DNA of 64,000 nt, taken from NCBI GenBank assembly GCA_963801165.1, contig CAWDDT010000010.1, forward strand, positions 64,001 to 128,000. Reading direction: 5' to 3'. Position numbers and translations under genes: made by a program. The notes under the pieces were generated by a model, which was not told where the DNA came from, did no database searches, and was given only the letters and a program-made list of their open reading frames with translations. The DNA is from an uncultured bacterium. Its GTDB lineage: Bacteria; Actinomycetota; Acidimicrobiia; Spongiisociales; UBA5794. Positions 1-10,154 of this stretch are shown here, in pieces. Position 1 is the first letter of the stretch, and each line of letters opens with the position of its first letter.

Positions 1-3
1 CGG

Positions 4-684
4 GTGGAGGCGAACTACTTTGCCGGAGCGGCGCTGATGCCCGAGGTGTCGCTGGTGCCGTTCCTGCAACGAGCTAAGGACGAGCGGAATCTCGCTGTTG
101 CCGACGTCAGGGACTCGTTCTACGTCTCCTACGAGATGGCGGCGCACCGGTTCACCAACCTCGCCACCAAGCACCTGGGGATTCCGGTCCACTTTGTCAG
201 ATCCGACGAGCGAGGGATCATCTGGAAGGCATACGAGAACAACGGCGTCCCATTTCCGCGCAATTCCGTAGGTGCCATCGAGGGACAGCGGCTGTGCAGG
301 CAATGGGGCACCCGTCAGGCCTTCAAGTCGGAAGACCGCTACTCGATCCGGTTCCAGTACACCGACACTCCCCTCGGGACGTTCTGGTGCGCAACCCGGG
401 TCGAGGAGGCACCCGCGCCGGCGCATGCGGTCACAGTCGGAGTGGCTTTCAAGGATGCCCAGTACTTCCGGGGACGGGAAACGGAGCACCGCTCGGTGTC
501 GCGGTGTCCCGAGGGCCCGTGCTGTCGCCGGCCGAGCGATGAGCTTGCGGCCAGGTGGGATGGTTGGGCGTTTCCGTCGGTGCGTCCCAACAGCCACGTC
601 CTCGCCGCTATGCCGGTCGAGACGATTCCGGGCGTCGACACCACGGAGATCTACGAGTTCCTCGACACCCATTCCAGAGACTGA
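4..684 (+). CDS. XRE-family RamB/ScfR-like transcriptional regulator, C-terminal part (5' truncated by window edge)
   Basis: EANYFAGAALMP and SYEMAAHRFTNLAT motifs plus a Cys-rich C-terminal region typical of ScfR/RamB regulators. Confidence 0.75.
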   Translation: MEANYFAGAALMPEVSLVPFLQRAKDERNLAVADVRDSFYVSYEMAAHRFTNLATKHLGIPVHFVRSDERGIIWKAYENNGVPFPRNSVGAIEGQRLCRQWGTRQAFKSEDRYSIRFQYTDTPLGTFWCATRVEEAPAPAHAVTVGVAFKDAQYFRGRETEHRSVSRCPEGPCCRRPSDELAARWDGWAFPSVRPNSHVLAAMPVETIPGVDTTEIYEFLDTHSRD

Positions 685-758
685 ACGGTCCGCTCACCCG
701 GGAGGAAGTCGCTGCATAGATGCGTGAATTCGCGTCTCGAGTTGCCGACGAGTAAGGG

Positions 759-2468
759 ATGACTCCGGTTCTGATAAGACGTGTAGGTGTCGCACTCGCC
801 GCCGTTGGGGGCGCTGTCGCGTTCGCCCTTGCGTTCGGCATGCTCTCCGCCGACGCCTCGGTCGTGGCGAGCGACGTGGTGTATCCGGTTGTCGCCATCG
901 GTGCCGGTTTGCTGTTGATCGCGGGTGCCTTCAACAGGACCGGGGCGGAGCGGGTTTCATGGCTATTAATCGGATCTGGTGTCGTCCTGCTCGGGCTCGG
1001 CGAGCTCACATGGATCTGGTACGAGCTGGTGCTCGACAGCGAACCGCCGTTCCCCGGGCTCCCCGACATCTTCTACCTTGCAGCGTACCCCGTGCTGGTG
1101 AGCGCCATGTTGGTGACACCCCGGCTCGCAGCCAACCGTTACCAGCGCAGTCAGCAGCTGATAGATGGCGTGGTCATTACGGCAGGTTTGTCTTTCATCA
1201 CCTGGGTCGTGGTGCTCGGGCCGATGTACCGGGCGGCCGGGGAGGGCACACTGGCCGAGTTCATCGTCGGGGCTGCTTACCCCGTGGGCGATGTGCTGGT
1301 CGTGGCCGCTGCGGTGACCATCGGGATAAGAAGGAGCTGGCGTCTCCGCGACCGATCGCTGTGGTGTGTTGTCGGGGCATTGCTGGTGACTGCGATCGGA
1401 GACCTCGTCTACCTCACGGAGAGCTGGTCGGACTCTTACGTGTCCGGCTCGTGGGTAGATGCCACGTGGCTGGGCGCGTACGCGTTGTTTGCCCTCGCGG
1501 CAGTATGGCTCCCGGATGCCGTTGAACGGCGCCGACCTCGTGAGCGGCGGCTGCCGCTTGCTCACGTCCTGATCCCGGCCGCCGTTGTGTTTCTCATTGT
1601 CGGCGTCTATGTCGGCAAGAAGGTGATGGCGGGCGATGTGTCGGGTCTGCCCTACGAGATCGGATTCTCGGTGCTCGGGATGTTCGTCATTGCGCGGATA
1701 CTGGTTGCAGTCGCCGAGGATCGGCATCTCCTCGACACCGAGCGAACCCAGCTCGTATCAGTCGTCTCCCATGAGTTGCGCACCCCTCTGACAGCAGTGC
1801 AGGGGTATTTGGATCTGGTACTGGAGGACTGGGAAGCGCTCTCGGACGCAGAACGCATCGAGATGGTCGGGATCGCCAGAGACGAAGCCGGCCTGGTCAC
1901 TAGGATCGTCACCGATCTCATCGCAACGAGCCGCGACGACCTGCACGCGACGGAGCTGACCATCGAGCCGGTCGACGTTGGTGCTGTCGTGTCCGAGATT
2001 GCGCTTGTTGCGGTCCGGAGGCTGCGGGTCGATATCGAGGTACCGGTCGGAACGACGGTGGGTGCCGACCGGGAACGATTTGCGCAAATCGTCACCAACT
2101 TGCTCAGCAACGCCGATAGGTACGGTGCCAGCCGGGTGGTGTGCGAAGCGCGTCGGGTCAACGGGCATGTCGAGATCGCAGTGCACGACGATGGGTCCGG
2201 TGTCCCGCCGCGGTATCAGGACAGCGTGTGGGAGCTGTTCGAGCGTGGATCGCACCGGTTCGACGCGGCGACGCCCGGCTCCGGTCTCGGTCTTGGCATC
2301 GTGAGATCGCTCGTAGCGGCGCACAGCGGGCAGGTCGGCTATCGCACGTCGGAGATCCTGGGGGGCGCCTGCTTCTGGGTGAGGCTCCCGGCATTGACCG
2401 GGCCGAGCGAGGATCGGGTGGCCGTTGCGGCTGCTGCGGGGTCGCCACGCGTTGCGGCAGACGGGTAG
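759..2468 (+). CDS. Membrane-bound sensor histidine kinase
   Basis: Multi-TM N-terminus; H-box VSHELRTPLT; N-box NLLSNA; DDGSG and GSGLGL G-boxes. Confidence 0.9.
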   Translation: MTPVLIRRVGVALAAVGGAVAFALAFGMLSADASVVASDVVYPVVAIGAGLLLIAGAFNRTGAERVSWLLIGSGVVLLGLGELTWIWYELVLDSEPPFPGLPDIFYLAAYPVLVSAMLVTPRLAANRYQRSQQLIDGVVITAGLSFITWVVVLGPMYRAAGEGTLAEFIVGAAYPVGDVLVVAAAVTIGIRRSWRLRDRSLWCVVGALLVTAIGDLVYLTESWSDSYVSGSWVDATWLGAYALFALAAVWLPDAVERRRPRERRLPLAHVLIPAAVVFLIVGVYVGKKVMAGDVSGLPYEIGFSVLGMFVIARILVAVAEDRHLLDTERTQLVSVVSHELRTPLTAVQGYLDLVLEDWEALSDAERIEMVGIARDEAGLVTRIVTDLIATSRDDLHATELTIEPVDVGAVVSEIALVAVRRLRVDIEVPVGTTVGADRERFAQIVTNLLSNADRYGASRVVCEARRVNGHVEIAVHDDGSGVPPRYQDSVWELFERGSHRFDAATPGSGLGLGIVRSLVAAHSGQVGYRTSEILGGACFWVRLPALTGPSEDRVAVAAAAGSPRVAADG

Positions 2469-2496
2469 CCGGCACCCGACCCCGGCGTATCCCTCG

Positions 2497-2559
2497 GTCG
2501 TAGTGTGAAACCGTCGTAGTGTGAAACCGTCGTAGTGTGAAACCGTCGTAGTGTGAAAC
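2497..2559. repeat. Intergenic tandem repeat, 16-bp unit GTCGTAGTGTGAAACC x4
   Basis: TAGTGTGAAA recurs at 2501, 2517, 2533 and 2549. Confidence 0.95.
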
Positions 2560-2578
2560 GTCCCTTGGCCTGCCTACA

Positions 2579-3013
2579 GTGGCCGATATGGAAGCGATGG
2601 TTGCCGTCGAAGTGCCGCTGATCGGCGACGCCCGGCTCAAGAACTGGGCAAAAGTCGTTGCCAACGTCGACGAATCGAAGGCAAATGGATGGGCCTTCGA
2701 CGGCGAGTTCATAGCGGCCGGGGGCATCCAGGACGTACCGGTCGGGTCGGTTGTGATGGTCTACGGTGAGCGTGGATCGCGCGTCAACCCGCAAATCGAG
2801 GCAAGCGTGTTCGTCGCCAACGGTGACGGGACTCTGTCACTCATCCAGTCGGCGAGTGGGCGGGCTTGGGCGAGAACTCTACGAGACCGCACCGCCGAGC
2901 TGCTGACCGATCGGGCCGATTCGTGGCCGAGTGGTCTGGCCTGGGACGAGAGCTTGATCCATTACAGCGACGGTGCGATTCTCGAAGAGCTGCGCCGTCG
3001 CGGCCTGACATAG
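2579..3013 (+). CDS. Hypothetical protein (start may be ATG 2588)
   Basis: 144-aa ORF with normal composition, directly upstream of the hydrolase gene. Confidence 0.7.
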   Translation: MADMEAMVAVEVPLIGDARLKNWAKVVANVDESKANGWAFDGEFIAAGGIQDVPVGSVVMVYGERGSRVNPQIEASVFVANGDGTLSLIQSASGRAWARTLRDRTAELLTDRADSWPSGLAWDESLIHYSDGAILEELRRRGLT

Positions 3014-3024
3014 GGGTGCGGGAT

Positions 3025-3810
3025 ATGCCATACGCCGAGTTCGATGATGTCCGGCTCCACATAAGACAGCGCGGATCAGGTCCGGTTGCCGTCTTCATCC
3101 ATGGGTTCCCGTTCGACTCGACGATGTGGATCGAGCAACTGGCGGCGCTGGAGGGCTTGCGCCGCTGCATCGCCGTCGACCTGCGTGGCTTCGGGCGCTC
3201 GTCTCCCGTGAGCGGTGATCCGCTGACTATGGAAAGTCACGCGGAAGATCTCGCAGCGGTGCTCGACATCGTTTCGGAGGAGCGCGCTGACATCGTCGGC
3301 CTCTCCATGGGCGGATACGTTGCTCTGGCGTTTGCCGAGTCATACCCGGACCGGATGCGGAGCCTGGCGCTCATCGACACCCGGGCAGGAGCGGACAGCC
3401 CGGAAGGCAAAGCGGGTCGTGATGCGATGGCTCGGCGGGTAGTCAGCGAGGGCAGAGCGGCGTTCGCCGAGTCGATGCAGGCCACCCTCCTCGGCCCGAA
3501 TGCATCGCTGAACGCACGGGCTCGTTTCCGCACGATGGTCGAAGGATGCCCATACGAGACATTGATCGGTGCACTGGCCGGCATGCGTGACCGGCCAGAC
3601 CGGACCTCGACATTGGGCTCGGTGGCGGTGCCGGCGATGGTCATGGTGGGGGACCAGGACGCCGTCACGCCACCCGAGCAGGCCGCCGAGATGGCGGCGG
3701 CGATTCCCGGGGCCACCCTGGTGACAATCGCCGACGCGGGGCATCTGACGCCGGTGGAGCAACCGCAAGCTGTCAGCACGGCTCTCGCCGAGTTTTACCG
3801 GCGAATCTGA
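3025..3810 (+). CDS. Alpha/beta fold hydrolase
   Basis: FIHGFP oxyanion motif, DLRGFGRS, GLSMGG nucleophile elbow, AGH catalytic His; start reassigned to ATG 3025. Confidence 0.9.
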   Translation: MPYAEFDDVRLHIRQRGSGPVAVFIHGFPFDSTMWIEQLAALEGLRRCIAVDLRGFGRSSPVSGDPLTMESHAEDLAAVLDIVSEERADIVGLSMGGYVALAFAESYPDRMRSLALIDTRAGADSPEGKAGRDAMARRVVSEGRAAFAESMQATLLGPNASLNARARFRTMVEGCPYETLIGALAGMRDRPDRTSTLGSVAVPAMVMVGDQDAVTPPEQAAEMAAAIPGATLVTIADAGHLTPVEQPQAVSTALAEFYRRI

Positions 3811-3882
3811 CCGGCGAAGAATGCTTGCGGCATCCACCCTTCGGTATTTACGCTGCGCCCGTCGCTTGCCTGCTGTCGGCCG

Positions 3883-5232
3883 ATGAATGGAGTGGGGTTG
3901 AAGAACGACAAACGCACCATTTTCGGCTGGGCGATGTACGACTGGGCGAACTCGGCGTACATCACCACGGCGGGGGCGATCATCGCCGCATTCTTCACGG
4001 GTGAGATCGTCTCAGACCAGGGTTGGCACGGTCTGAGTGGGGAGACTCTGTGGGCATGGGTGGTCTCGGCGGGGGCGTTGCTCTTGTTCCTGGCAATGCC
4101 GGTCCTCGGTGCGGTTGCAGACTTCAGTGCGGCGAAACGGCGTTACCTGCGCGCCTTTGCTTTCTTCGGCGCCGCGACAACTGTGGTGCTGGCGACGGTA
4201 CCTGCCAACTCGGTGGTGGCATTTCTCGGCGTCTTCCTGCTCACCAATATCGGGTTTGTCGGCGCCAACGTGTTCTATGACGGCTTCCTACCCGACATCT
4301 CGACCGACGCGACGATCGACCGGGTGTCCTCGAAGGGCTATGCGTTCGGCTACATCGGTGGTGGCCTCTATGTGGCGCTGGCGTTTGTGGCGATCAGCCT
4401 CACCAAGAACGATCTCGGTGACGTTCGTCCCGCGATGGTCCGATTGGCCATCGCCGGAGCGGGGGTTTGGTGGGTGGGCTGGTCTCTCTATTGCCTGCGG
4501 TTGTTGCCGGACTCGGGTGAGGCCCAACCGTTGCCCGCCGAGCTGGCAGGAGTTTCAACGGTGGTGGCATACGCCCGGATCGGGTTTGGCCGGACCATGG
4601 CAACCGCCCGCAAGCTGCTCGGTTTCAAGCAGCTCCTACTGTTCGTCATCGCCTTCATGATCTACAACGATGGGACCCAGACTGTCATCAATGTCAGTGG
4701 CGCATACGCCGAGGACACTCTCGGACTCGACACAACCCAGATCATCGTTGCGTTTCTGATCGTCCAGTTCATCGCCTTCGGCGGCGCCCTCTGGTTCGGC
4801 TACCTCTCCGATCGCATCGGGCCGAAGCGCTCCATCCTCATCGCCCTTGTCGTCTGGACCGCTATCGCGATCGGCGGCTACTTCCTCCCGGAAGGCAACG
4901 CCGTGCCGCTCTATCTCCTGGCGGTGGTGATCGGATTCGTGTTGGGTGGCGTCCAGGCGCTTTCCCGTAGTCTGTACGGATCGATGATCCCCGAGGAGGC
5001 TTCTGCGGAGTTCTTCGGGTTCTTCACCGTCTTCTCGAAGTTCTCGGCAATCTGGGGACCGCTGTTGTTTGGCATCGTCAGTGCAGCCACCGACTCGGGT
5101 CGGCCCGCCATCATCTCGATCGTCGTGTTCTTTGCGGTCGGTGGAGTACTGCTGAGCAGAGTGGACATCGACGCCGCCAGACAGTCCAGAGATCGCTGGT
5201 CGTTCGAAGGGGCTACAGCCGAGGCCGAGTAA
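3883..5232 (+). CDS. MFS transporter, UMF1/ATG22-like family
   Basis: GWAMYDWANSAY motif, about 12 TM segments, GGVQALSRSLY. Confidence 0.85.
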   Translation: MNGVGLKNDKRTIFGWAMYDWANSAYITTAGAIIAAFFTGEIVSDQGWHGLSGETLWAWVVSAGALLLFLAMPVLGAVADFSAAKRRYLRAFAFFGAATTVVLATVPANSVVAFLGVFLLTNIGFVGANVFYDGFLPDISTDATIDRVSSKGYAFGYIGGGLYVALAFVAISLTKNDLGDVRPAMVRLAIAGAGVWWVGWSLYCLRLLPDSGEAQPLPAELAGVSTVVAYARIGFGRTMATARKLLGFKQLLLFVIAFMIYNDGTQTVINVSGAYAEDTLGLDTTQIIVAFLIVQFIAFGGALWFGYLSDRIGPKRSILIALVVWTAIAIGGYFLPEGNAVPLYLLAVVIGFVLGGVQALSRSLYGSMIPEEASAEFFGFFTVFSKFSAIWGPLLFGIVSAATDSGRPAIISIVVFFAVGGVLLSRVDIDAARQSRDRWSFEGATAEAE

Positions 5233-5250
5233 ACCGCCAGACACGGTACC

Positions 5251-6483
5251 GTGCCTCGCATGCGGAAACTGGTCGCGATGATTCTCCCCGCCGTGCTGGC
5301 CGCGGCCTGCAGCAGCGGCGAGACCCCGGCGTCGTCGAGCTCTCTGAACACGACAACCGTATCCTCTGGAACGGCGGCCACGACGTCAACTTCCGCTCCC
5401 GATTCCACCACGGCAGGGTCAACGGCGACCACCGCCGCGACGACACAGGCGCTCCGTCCCCTGGCCGACATCGTGCTCGGGAGCACGGAAGTGTGGAACG
5501 GGTTCGAATCGCCTGTATTGATGCTGACGCCACCCAACGACTCGCGGCTGTTTGTCGTGGAACAGCCGGGACGGGTGGACGTGATAGATGGGGGAGCCCC
5601 CGAGGTGTTCTTTGACATCACCGACCGGGTTCGGTTCCAGGGCGAGCAGGGCCTGCTCGGTCTCGCCTTTCCCCCGGATTTTGCAGATAGTGACGTCTTT
5701 TACCTGGACTACGTCAACAACGACGGCGACACAGTCATCGCGTCGATGCGGGCCGATGGCAACGTTGGGCTGGTCGGCTCCCTCACCGAGATATTGCGCA
5801 TCGATCAGCCCGCGGCGAACCACAACGGCGGAATGGTCCAGTTCGGTCCTGACGGCAATCTGTGGATCGGCATGGGTGACGGTGGCGGCGCCAATGATCA
5901 GTTCGGTAACGGGCAGCGGGAAGAGACACCTCTGGCGGCTCTTCTCCGCATCACGGTGGGTCCCGGCGTTGACGGCTATCAGATACCCGGCGGCAACCGG
6001 GCGGGCGAGGTTTGGGCAATCGGCCTGCGCAACCCGTGGCGATGGACCTTCGATGGTAACGATCTGTGGATCGCCGACGTCGGGCAGAACCGTATCGAAG
6101 AGGTGGACCTGATCGATTGGCGAGACGGAACCCCCAACTTCGGTTGGTCGATACAGGAAGGCTCGTCGTGTTTCGGTGGCGGCGACTGTGACAAGACCGG
6201 GCTCGTCCAACCACTGTATGAGTACACCCACGACGAGGGCTGCTCGATCACCGGTGGTTCGGTGTACCACGGCACCGCCATTCCGGAACTGGCCGGTCAG
6301 TTCTTTTTCGGCGACTATTGCGGCGGCTGGGTGCGCAGCATCGACAAGAGCGGCAACGTCAAGGAGTGGTTCCCCGCCCGTACCTTCCCGGGCACGATCG
6401 GCTTCGGGGTCGATGCAGCGGGGGAGATCTACGTGCTGACCAATCAGGGCACGATCAACCGGCTCGTGGAGGCCGGGAACTGA
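5251..6483 (+). CDS. PQQ-dependent sugar dehydrogenase (glucose/sorbosone dehydrogenase family) lipoprotein
   Basis: Lipobox LAAAC, Ser/Thr linker, EQGLLGLAF, NHNGG, GLRNPWR, ADVGQ motifs. Confidence 0.85.
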   Translation: MPRMRKLVAMILPAVLAAACSSGETPASSSSLNTTTVSSGTAATTSTSAPDSTTAGSTATTAATTQALRPLADIVLGSTEVWNGFESPVLMLTPPNDSRLFVVEQPGRVDVIDGGAPEVFFDITDRVRFQGEQGLLGLAFPPDFADSDVFYLDYVNNDGDTVIASMRADGNVGLVGSLTEILRIDQPAANHNGGMVQFGPDGNLWIGMGDGGGANDQFGNGQREETPLAALLRITVGPGVDGYQIPGGNRAGEVWAIGLRNPWRWTFDGNDLWIADVGQNRIEEVDLIDWRDGTPNFGWSIQEGSSCFGGGDCDKTGLVQPLYEYTHDEGCSITGGSVYHGTAIPELAGQFFFGDYCGGWVRSIDKSGNVKEWFPARTFPGTIGFGVDAAGEIYVLTNQGTINRLVEAGN

Positions 6484-6486
6484 GCT

Positions 6487-7137
6487 CTATTCGGCGACCT
6501 CGAGATCGCTGATCGCCGCTCGGAATGCGGCGGCCTCCGCCCTCCGGCTCATGTCGAGCTTGTGCAGCAGCGCCGACACGTAGTTTTTGACGGTCTTCTC
6601 CGCCAGATTCAGCTCGTCTGCGATCTGGCGGTTGGTGAGCCCGTCGGCAATGAGCGAGAGGACCCGACGCTCCTGTGGGGAGAGACGATCTAGCCGTTCG
6701 GCGAGCTGCGCCTCGGCCCCGCCCGTAACGAGGGCAGCTTCTGCCTTTTCGTCGATCACGAGGTCCTCACCGGCAACGACCCTGCGTATGGTGTCGACGA
6801 GCGACTTGAGCGCCATCCGCTTGACCAGATAGCCGGAGGCACCGGCGTCGATGGCGTCGCGGAGCAAATCGAGATCCGCATACGTGGTGAAGATCACGAC
6901 CTTTGTGGCCGGGTGGCTCTCCCTGATCTTGCGAGTCGCATCGATACCGGATCCGTCACCGAGCCGGATGTCCATCAACACGACATCGGGTTCGAGACGA
7001 TCGACGCAGTCGAGAGCGTCGGCACAGTTGCCCGCTTCCGCCACGAGAGTCATATCGCTCTGGCTATCGATGTATGAGGCGACACCCGCCCTGACTACGT
7101 AGTGGTCGTCGACGACCAGAACCCGAATTGCTGCCAT
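6487..7137 (-). CDS. NarL/LuxR-family response regulator, DosR/DevR-like
   Basis: VVDDH...DVVLMDIRL receiver; GLTNRQIA...LAEKTVKNYVS helix-turn-helix typical of DevR. Confidence 0.9.
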   Translation of the reverse strand: MAAIRVLVVDDHYVVRAGVASYIDSQSDMTLVAEAGNCADALDCVDRLEPDVVLMDIRLGDGSGIDATRKIRESHPATKVVIFTTYADLDLLRDAIDAGASGYLVKRMALKSLVDTIRRVVAGEDLVIDEKAEAALVTGGAEAQLAERLDRLSPQERRVLSLIADGLTNRQIADELNLAEKTVKNYVSALLHKLDMSRRAEAAAFRAAISDLEVAE

Positions 7138-7212
7138 ATAGCCATGACCCTAACGCGGGAATAGGCACTTCCGACACCACCACATGCAATTCGGTTTATG
7201 TGAGCGGTCCGG

Positions 7213-7881
7213 CTACTCGTCCGGCCATTCCTCTGCGGGGTATTTTGCGTCGCGATCGGCGATGTGTCGCGCCATGTAGGCCGCCGCCTCGTTGCGGTTG
7301 CGCAGACCGAGTTTTGCCAGAAGCCGGGAAATGTAGTTCTTGACTGTCTTCTCGGCGAGGAACACCCGGTCGGCGATCTCGCGGTTGGTGAGACCGTCGG
7401 CTATGAGCTCCAGGATGCGGATCTCCCGCTCGGAGAGTTGTGAGAACACCGGGTCGCCGACACTGTGGCCCCGTATCTGGTTGAAGAGTTTCGCCGTAGC
7501 CGCCGGGTCGATTACCGAGGTGCCCTCGTTGACGCTGCGGACGGCTTCGACGATACGGCCACCGTCGATTCGCTTCACTAGATACCCGGAGGCACCTGCC
7601 AGGATCGCCTCGTGGACCGTTTCCTCGTCAACGTGCGAGGACAGCATTAGAACCCGAACGTCGGGGAAGCGCTCGACGATCGTACGGCATGCGGTGACAC
7701 CGCTCATGTCGGGCAGACGAACATCCATGATCACGACGTCGGGTGAGTCATAGCCGGCACGGCGGATCGCCGAAGCGCCTGTGGCGGCCTCGCCTGCGAC
7801 TTCGATGTCGTCCTGGGACGAGAGAAGAGCCCGGAGACCCTCTCGCACCACGGGATGATCGTCTACTACCAATACACGCAA
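7213..7881 (-). CDS. Second DosR/DevR-like response regulator
   Basis: VVDDHPVVREG; GLTNREIADRVFLAEKTVKNYIS; start reassigned to TTG 7881. Confidence 0.88.
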   Translation of the reverse strand: MRVLVVDDHPVVREGLRALLSSQDDIEVAGEAATGASAIRRAGYDSPDVVIMDVRLPDMSGVTACRTIVERFPDVRVLMLSSHVDEETVHEAILAGASGYLVKRIDGGRIVEAVRSVNEGTSVIDPAATAKLFNQIRGHSVGDPVFSQLSEREIRILELIADGLTNREIADRVFLAEKTVKNYISRLLAKLGLRNRNEAAAYMARHIADRDAKYPAEEWPDE

Positions 7882-7954
7882 AGTGTTTCCTCTCGCTCCG
7901 TTCCACGCTAGCCAAATGCCCGAACCGCAGTACGTGCCATCCGCCCCGAACCGG

Positions 7955-7968
7955 GGGACATTCGGCCC
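7955..7968. promoter_or_regulatory. DosR-type box GGGAC-ATTC-GGCCC between the divergent regulator and kinase genes
   Basis: One arm mismatch to the GGGAC-N4-GTCCC palindrome of the mycobacterial DosR box. Confidence 0.55.
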
Positions 7969-7997
7969 CAACCAGAACGGCGAGGTATCGTTCGTCC

Positions 7998-9107
7998 ATG
8001 GAATCTACCGCCGAGCGTGACCGCTTCGCCGCATTGCTCGATGCTGCCGCCCAGGTATCGGAGCAGGAAGAGCTACATGGGCTCCTCGAGTCTCTGGTCG
8101 ACATAGCGATGGGTCTTACCGGTGCCGCCTTCGGGGCACTCGGAGTCGTTGGCGCCCACGGCTTCCTCGTCGACTTCATCCACAAGGGGATGCCGAAGGA
8201 GGACGTAGATGCGATCGGTCATCTCCCCCTCGGTCTCGGTTTGCTCGGTGCCATCACCCGTGGCGAGACCATCCGGGTCGACCAGATCTCGTCCCACCCG
8301 GATTCGGCCGGAATGCCGGCGGGCCATCCGGACATGCAGACGTTTCTCGGTGTGCCCTTGCGAACCCGCAACGAGGCGTTTGGGAATATCTACCTGGCGG
8401 GCAAAGCGGACGGCTTCACCGACGACGACGAGCGAACGATCGAAACGTTGTCACTCATTGCAAGTGCCGCAGTGGCCAACGTGCGGATCCACCGCCGGCT
8501 CCGGGAAGCGGCGGTTGCCGAGGATCGCGCCCGGATTGCCCGGGACGTGCACGATGACATCATCCAGGATCTCTTCGCCGTCGGCTTGTCACTGCAGGGT
8601 CTGGCGGATTCGCTCGAAGACGAAAGTGCCAGGAGGGTGGTTGGGACACAGGTCGAGCGCGTTGACGACTGCATAACGTCTTTGCGTCAGTTCATCTTCA
8701 ATCTGCGGCAACCAGGGTCCCACTCGCGCGACCTTGAGATCGAGGTGACCGAGCTTGTAGAGGAGCTAGCTGAGCCCTACTCGGCCGAGGTCGAGGTCGC
8801 CGTCGATTCGCTTGCCGACCGCTTCAGCACCGACATCACCGATGCGGTTCTACACATAGTGAAGGAAGCCACGAGCAACGCGCTCAGACACAGCAACAGC
8901 CCGCTCGTGCGTGTCCTCGTCACCGGAGGGTTCAGCAACCTGTCCGTCTCGGTGATCGACCACGGGATCGGCTTCGACGCCAACCGGTCTCACGAGGGGA
9001 TGGGTCTGGCGAACCTGCAGCAGCGGGCGGCCGATGTCGGCGGCGAGCTCGCAGTCAAGAGCAGCGACAACGGCACGACTGTGAGCCTCGTTCTGCCCAT
9101 TCGCTAG
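7998..9107 (+). CDS. GAF-domain histidine kinase, DosS/DevS-like (HisKA_3)
   Basis: HPDSAGMPAGHPDMQTFLGVP resembles the heme-binding GAF segment of DosS; RIARDVHDDIIQDLFAVGL H-box; start ATG 7998. Confidence 0.88.
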   Translation: MESTAERDRFAALLDAAAQVSEQEELHGLLESLVDIAMGLTGAAFGALGVVGAHGFLVDFIHKGMPKEDVDAIGHLPLGLGLLGAITRGETIRVDQISSHPDSAGMPAGHPDMQTFLGVPLRTRNEAFGNIYLAGKADGFTDDDERTIETLSLIASAAVANVRIHRRLREAAVAEDRARIARDVHDDIIQDLFAVGLSLQGLADSLEDESARRVVGTQVERVDDCITSLRQFIFNLRQPGSHSRDLEIEVTELVEELAEPYSAEVEVAVDSLADRFSTDITDAVLHIVKEATSNALRHSNSPLVRVLVTGGFSNLSVSVIDHGIGFDANRSHEGMGLANLQQRAADVGGELAVKSSDNGTTVSLVLPIR

Positions 9108-9305
9108 TGGTCTGTCGTTCAAGTGGTGCCGGGTATCGCCGTGATGAGCGCCCAGCCCTGCATCGCCGTTGTGGACCACGTCCCGGGGCTGGACCGGAGT
9201 TGTGCAGCACACTCCTCGCACCGCCGGTGCCTTGCCCGTCGTCGTTCTGAGACCGGCCGGAGGGTGTTTGCGAGACCCGTTATCGGGACGAGAAATGGGA
9301 CTTTT

Positions 9306-9319
9306 GGGACTTTCGTCCC
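9306..9319. promoter_or_regulatory. DosR-type box GGGAC-TTTC-GTCCC upstream of the oxidase operon
   Basis: Perfect GGGAC-N4-GTCCC palindrome, with further GGGAC half-sites at 9285, 9297 and 9328. Confidence 0.7.
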
Positions 9320-9437
9320 TGGCGGAAGGGACCAAAAGACTCACCCTCGGGGTATATGCAGGCTCTAATGTAACGCCCGTCGCGACAAGTTGCGACCATG
9401 ATTGTCGACAAAGCCGATCGAGTGAGTGGGGAGGACC

Positions 9438-9587
9438 ATGACAAGTGAAGGCGAGAGCGGCAACGAGACCCAGGAGGAGTTCAAGCCCAGGGGCACCGTT
9501 GCTGTCACTGCCGCATTCGTAGTGGTGATGCTGATCCTCTGGTTCAGCGTTTACGCCATTTTGCTCTCTCGAGGGGCGACGATATGA
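9438..9587 (+). CDS. cbaD: Cytochrome c oxidase ba3-type subunit IIa (49 aa; absent from ORF track)
   Basis: MTSEGESGNETQEEFKPRGTVAVTAAFVVVMLILWFSVYAILLSRGATI resembles Thermus subunit IIa (KPKGA...WLGVYAVFFARG); GGAGG RBS; ATGA overlap with subunit II. Confidence 0.85.
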   Translation: MTSEGESGNETQEEFKPRGTVAVTAAFVVVMLILWFSVYAILLSRGATI

Positions 9588-10141
9588 GTGCGGACGCAGG
9601 CGGCGAGAAGCAGAAGATGCACATCGACGCAACGGAGATGAGCTGGATCCGTACCTCGATCATCGTGCTCGTGCTCTTTGCGATCGCCATCGCCATCGCC
9701 GGTTTCATGCTCGGGATCCAGGTCCCGACCCGGGAGAAGCGGGTCGACCCGAACACGATTGCCAACTCCGCCCCCTGGGCGGCGCCAACCGCCGATGATG
9801 TCGGCGATCCTCGCATCCAGGAGCTGGAACCGGGTGCGAAATACAACATCTACATCGTCGCCCAGATGTGGTTCTACACCCCGAACCAGATTCCGACACC
9901 GGAGTCGGGTATCACGATTCCCAAGGGGTCCGAAGTCACCTTCTACGTGACCTCGAAGGATGTCCAGCACGGGTTCCGGATCGAAGGCACAAACGTCAAC
10001 TTCATGCTGATCCCGGGTCAGGTTTCCACGCTGAAGCACACCTTCGATGAGGCGGGCACATACAACTTCATCTGCACCGAGTACTGCGGTACCGGCCACG
10101 CAGGTATGTCCGGCACGATCACGATCTCTGATACCGAGTAG
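9584..10141 (+). CDS. cbaB: Cytochrome c oxidase ba3-type subunit II (CuA)
   Basis: Single TM helix; DVQHGF and CTEYCGTGHAGM CuA ligands. Confidence 0.93.
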   Translation: MSADAGGEKQKMHIDATEMSWIRTSIIVLVLFAIAIAIAGFMLGIQVPTREKRVDPNTIANSAPWAAPTADDVGDPRIQELEPGAKYNIYIVAQMWFYTPNQIPTPESGITIPKGSEVTFYVTSKDVQHGFRIEGTNVNFMLIPGQVSTLKHTFDEAGTYNFICTEYCGTGHAGMSGTITISDTE

Positions 10142-10154
10142 AGAGGAGGCTCGA

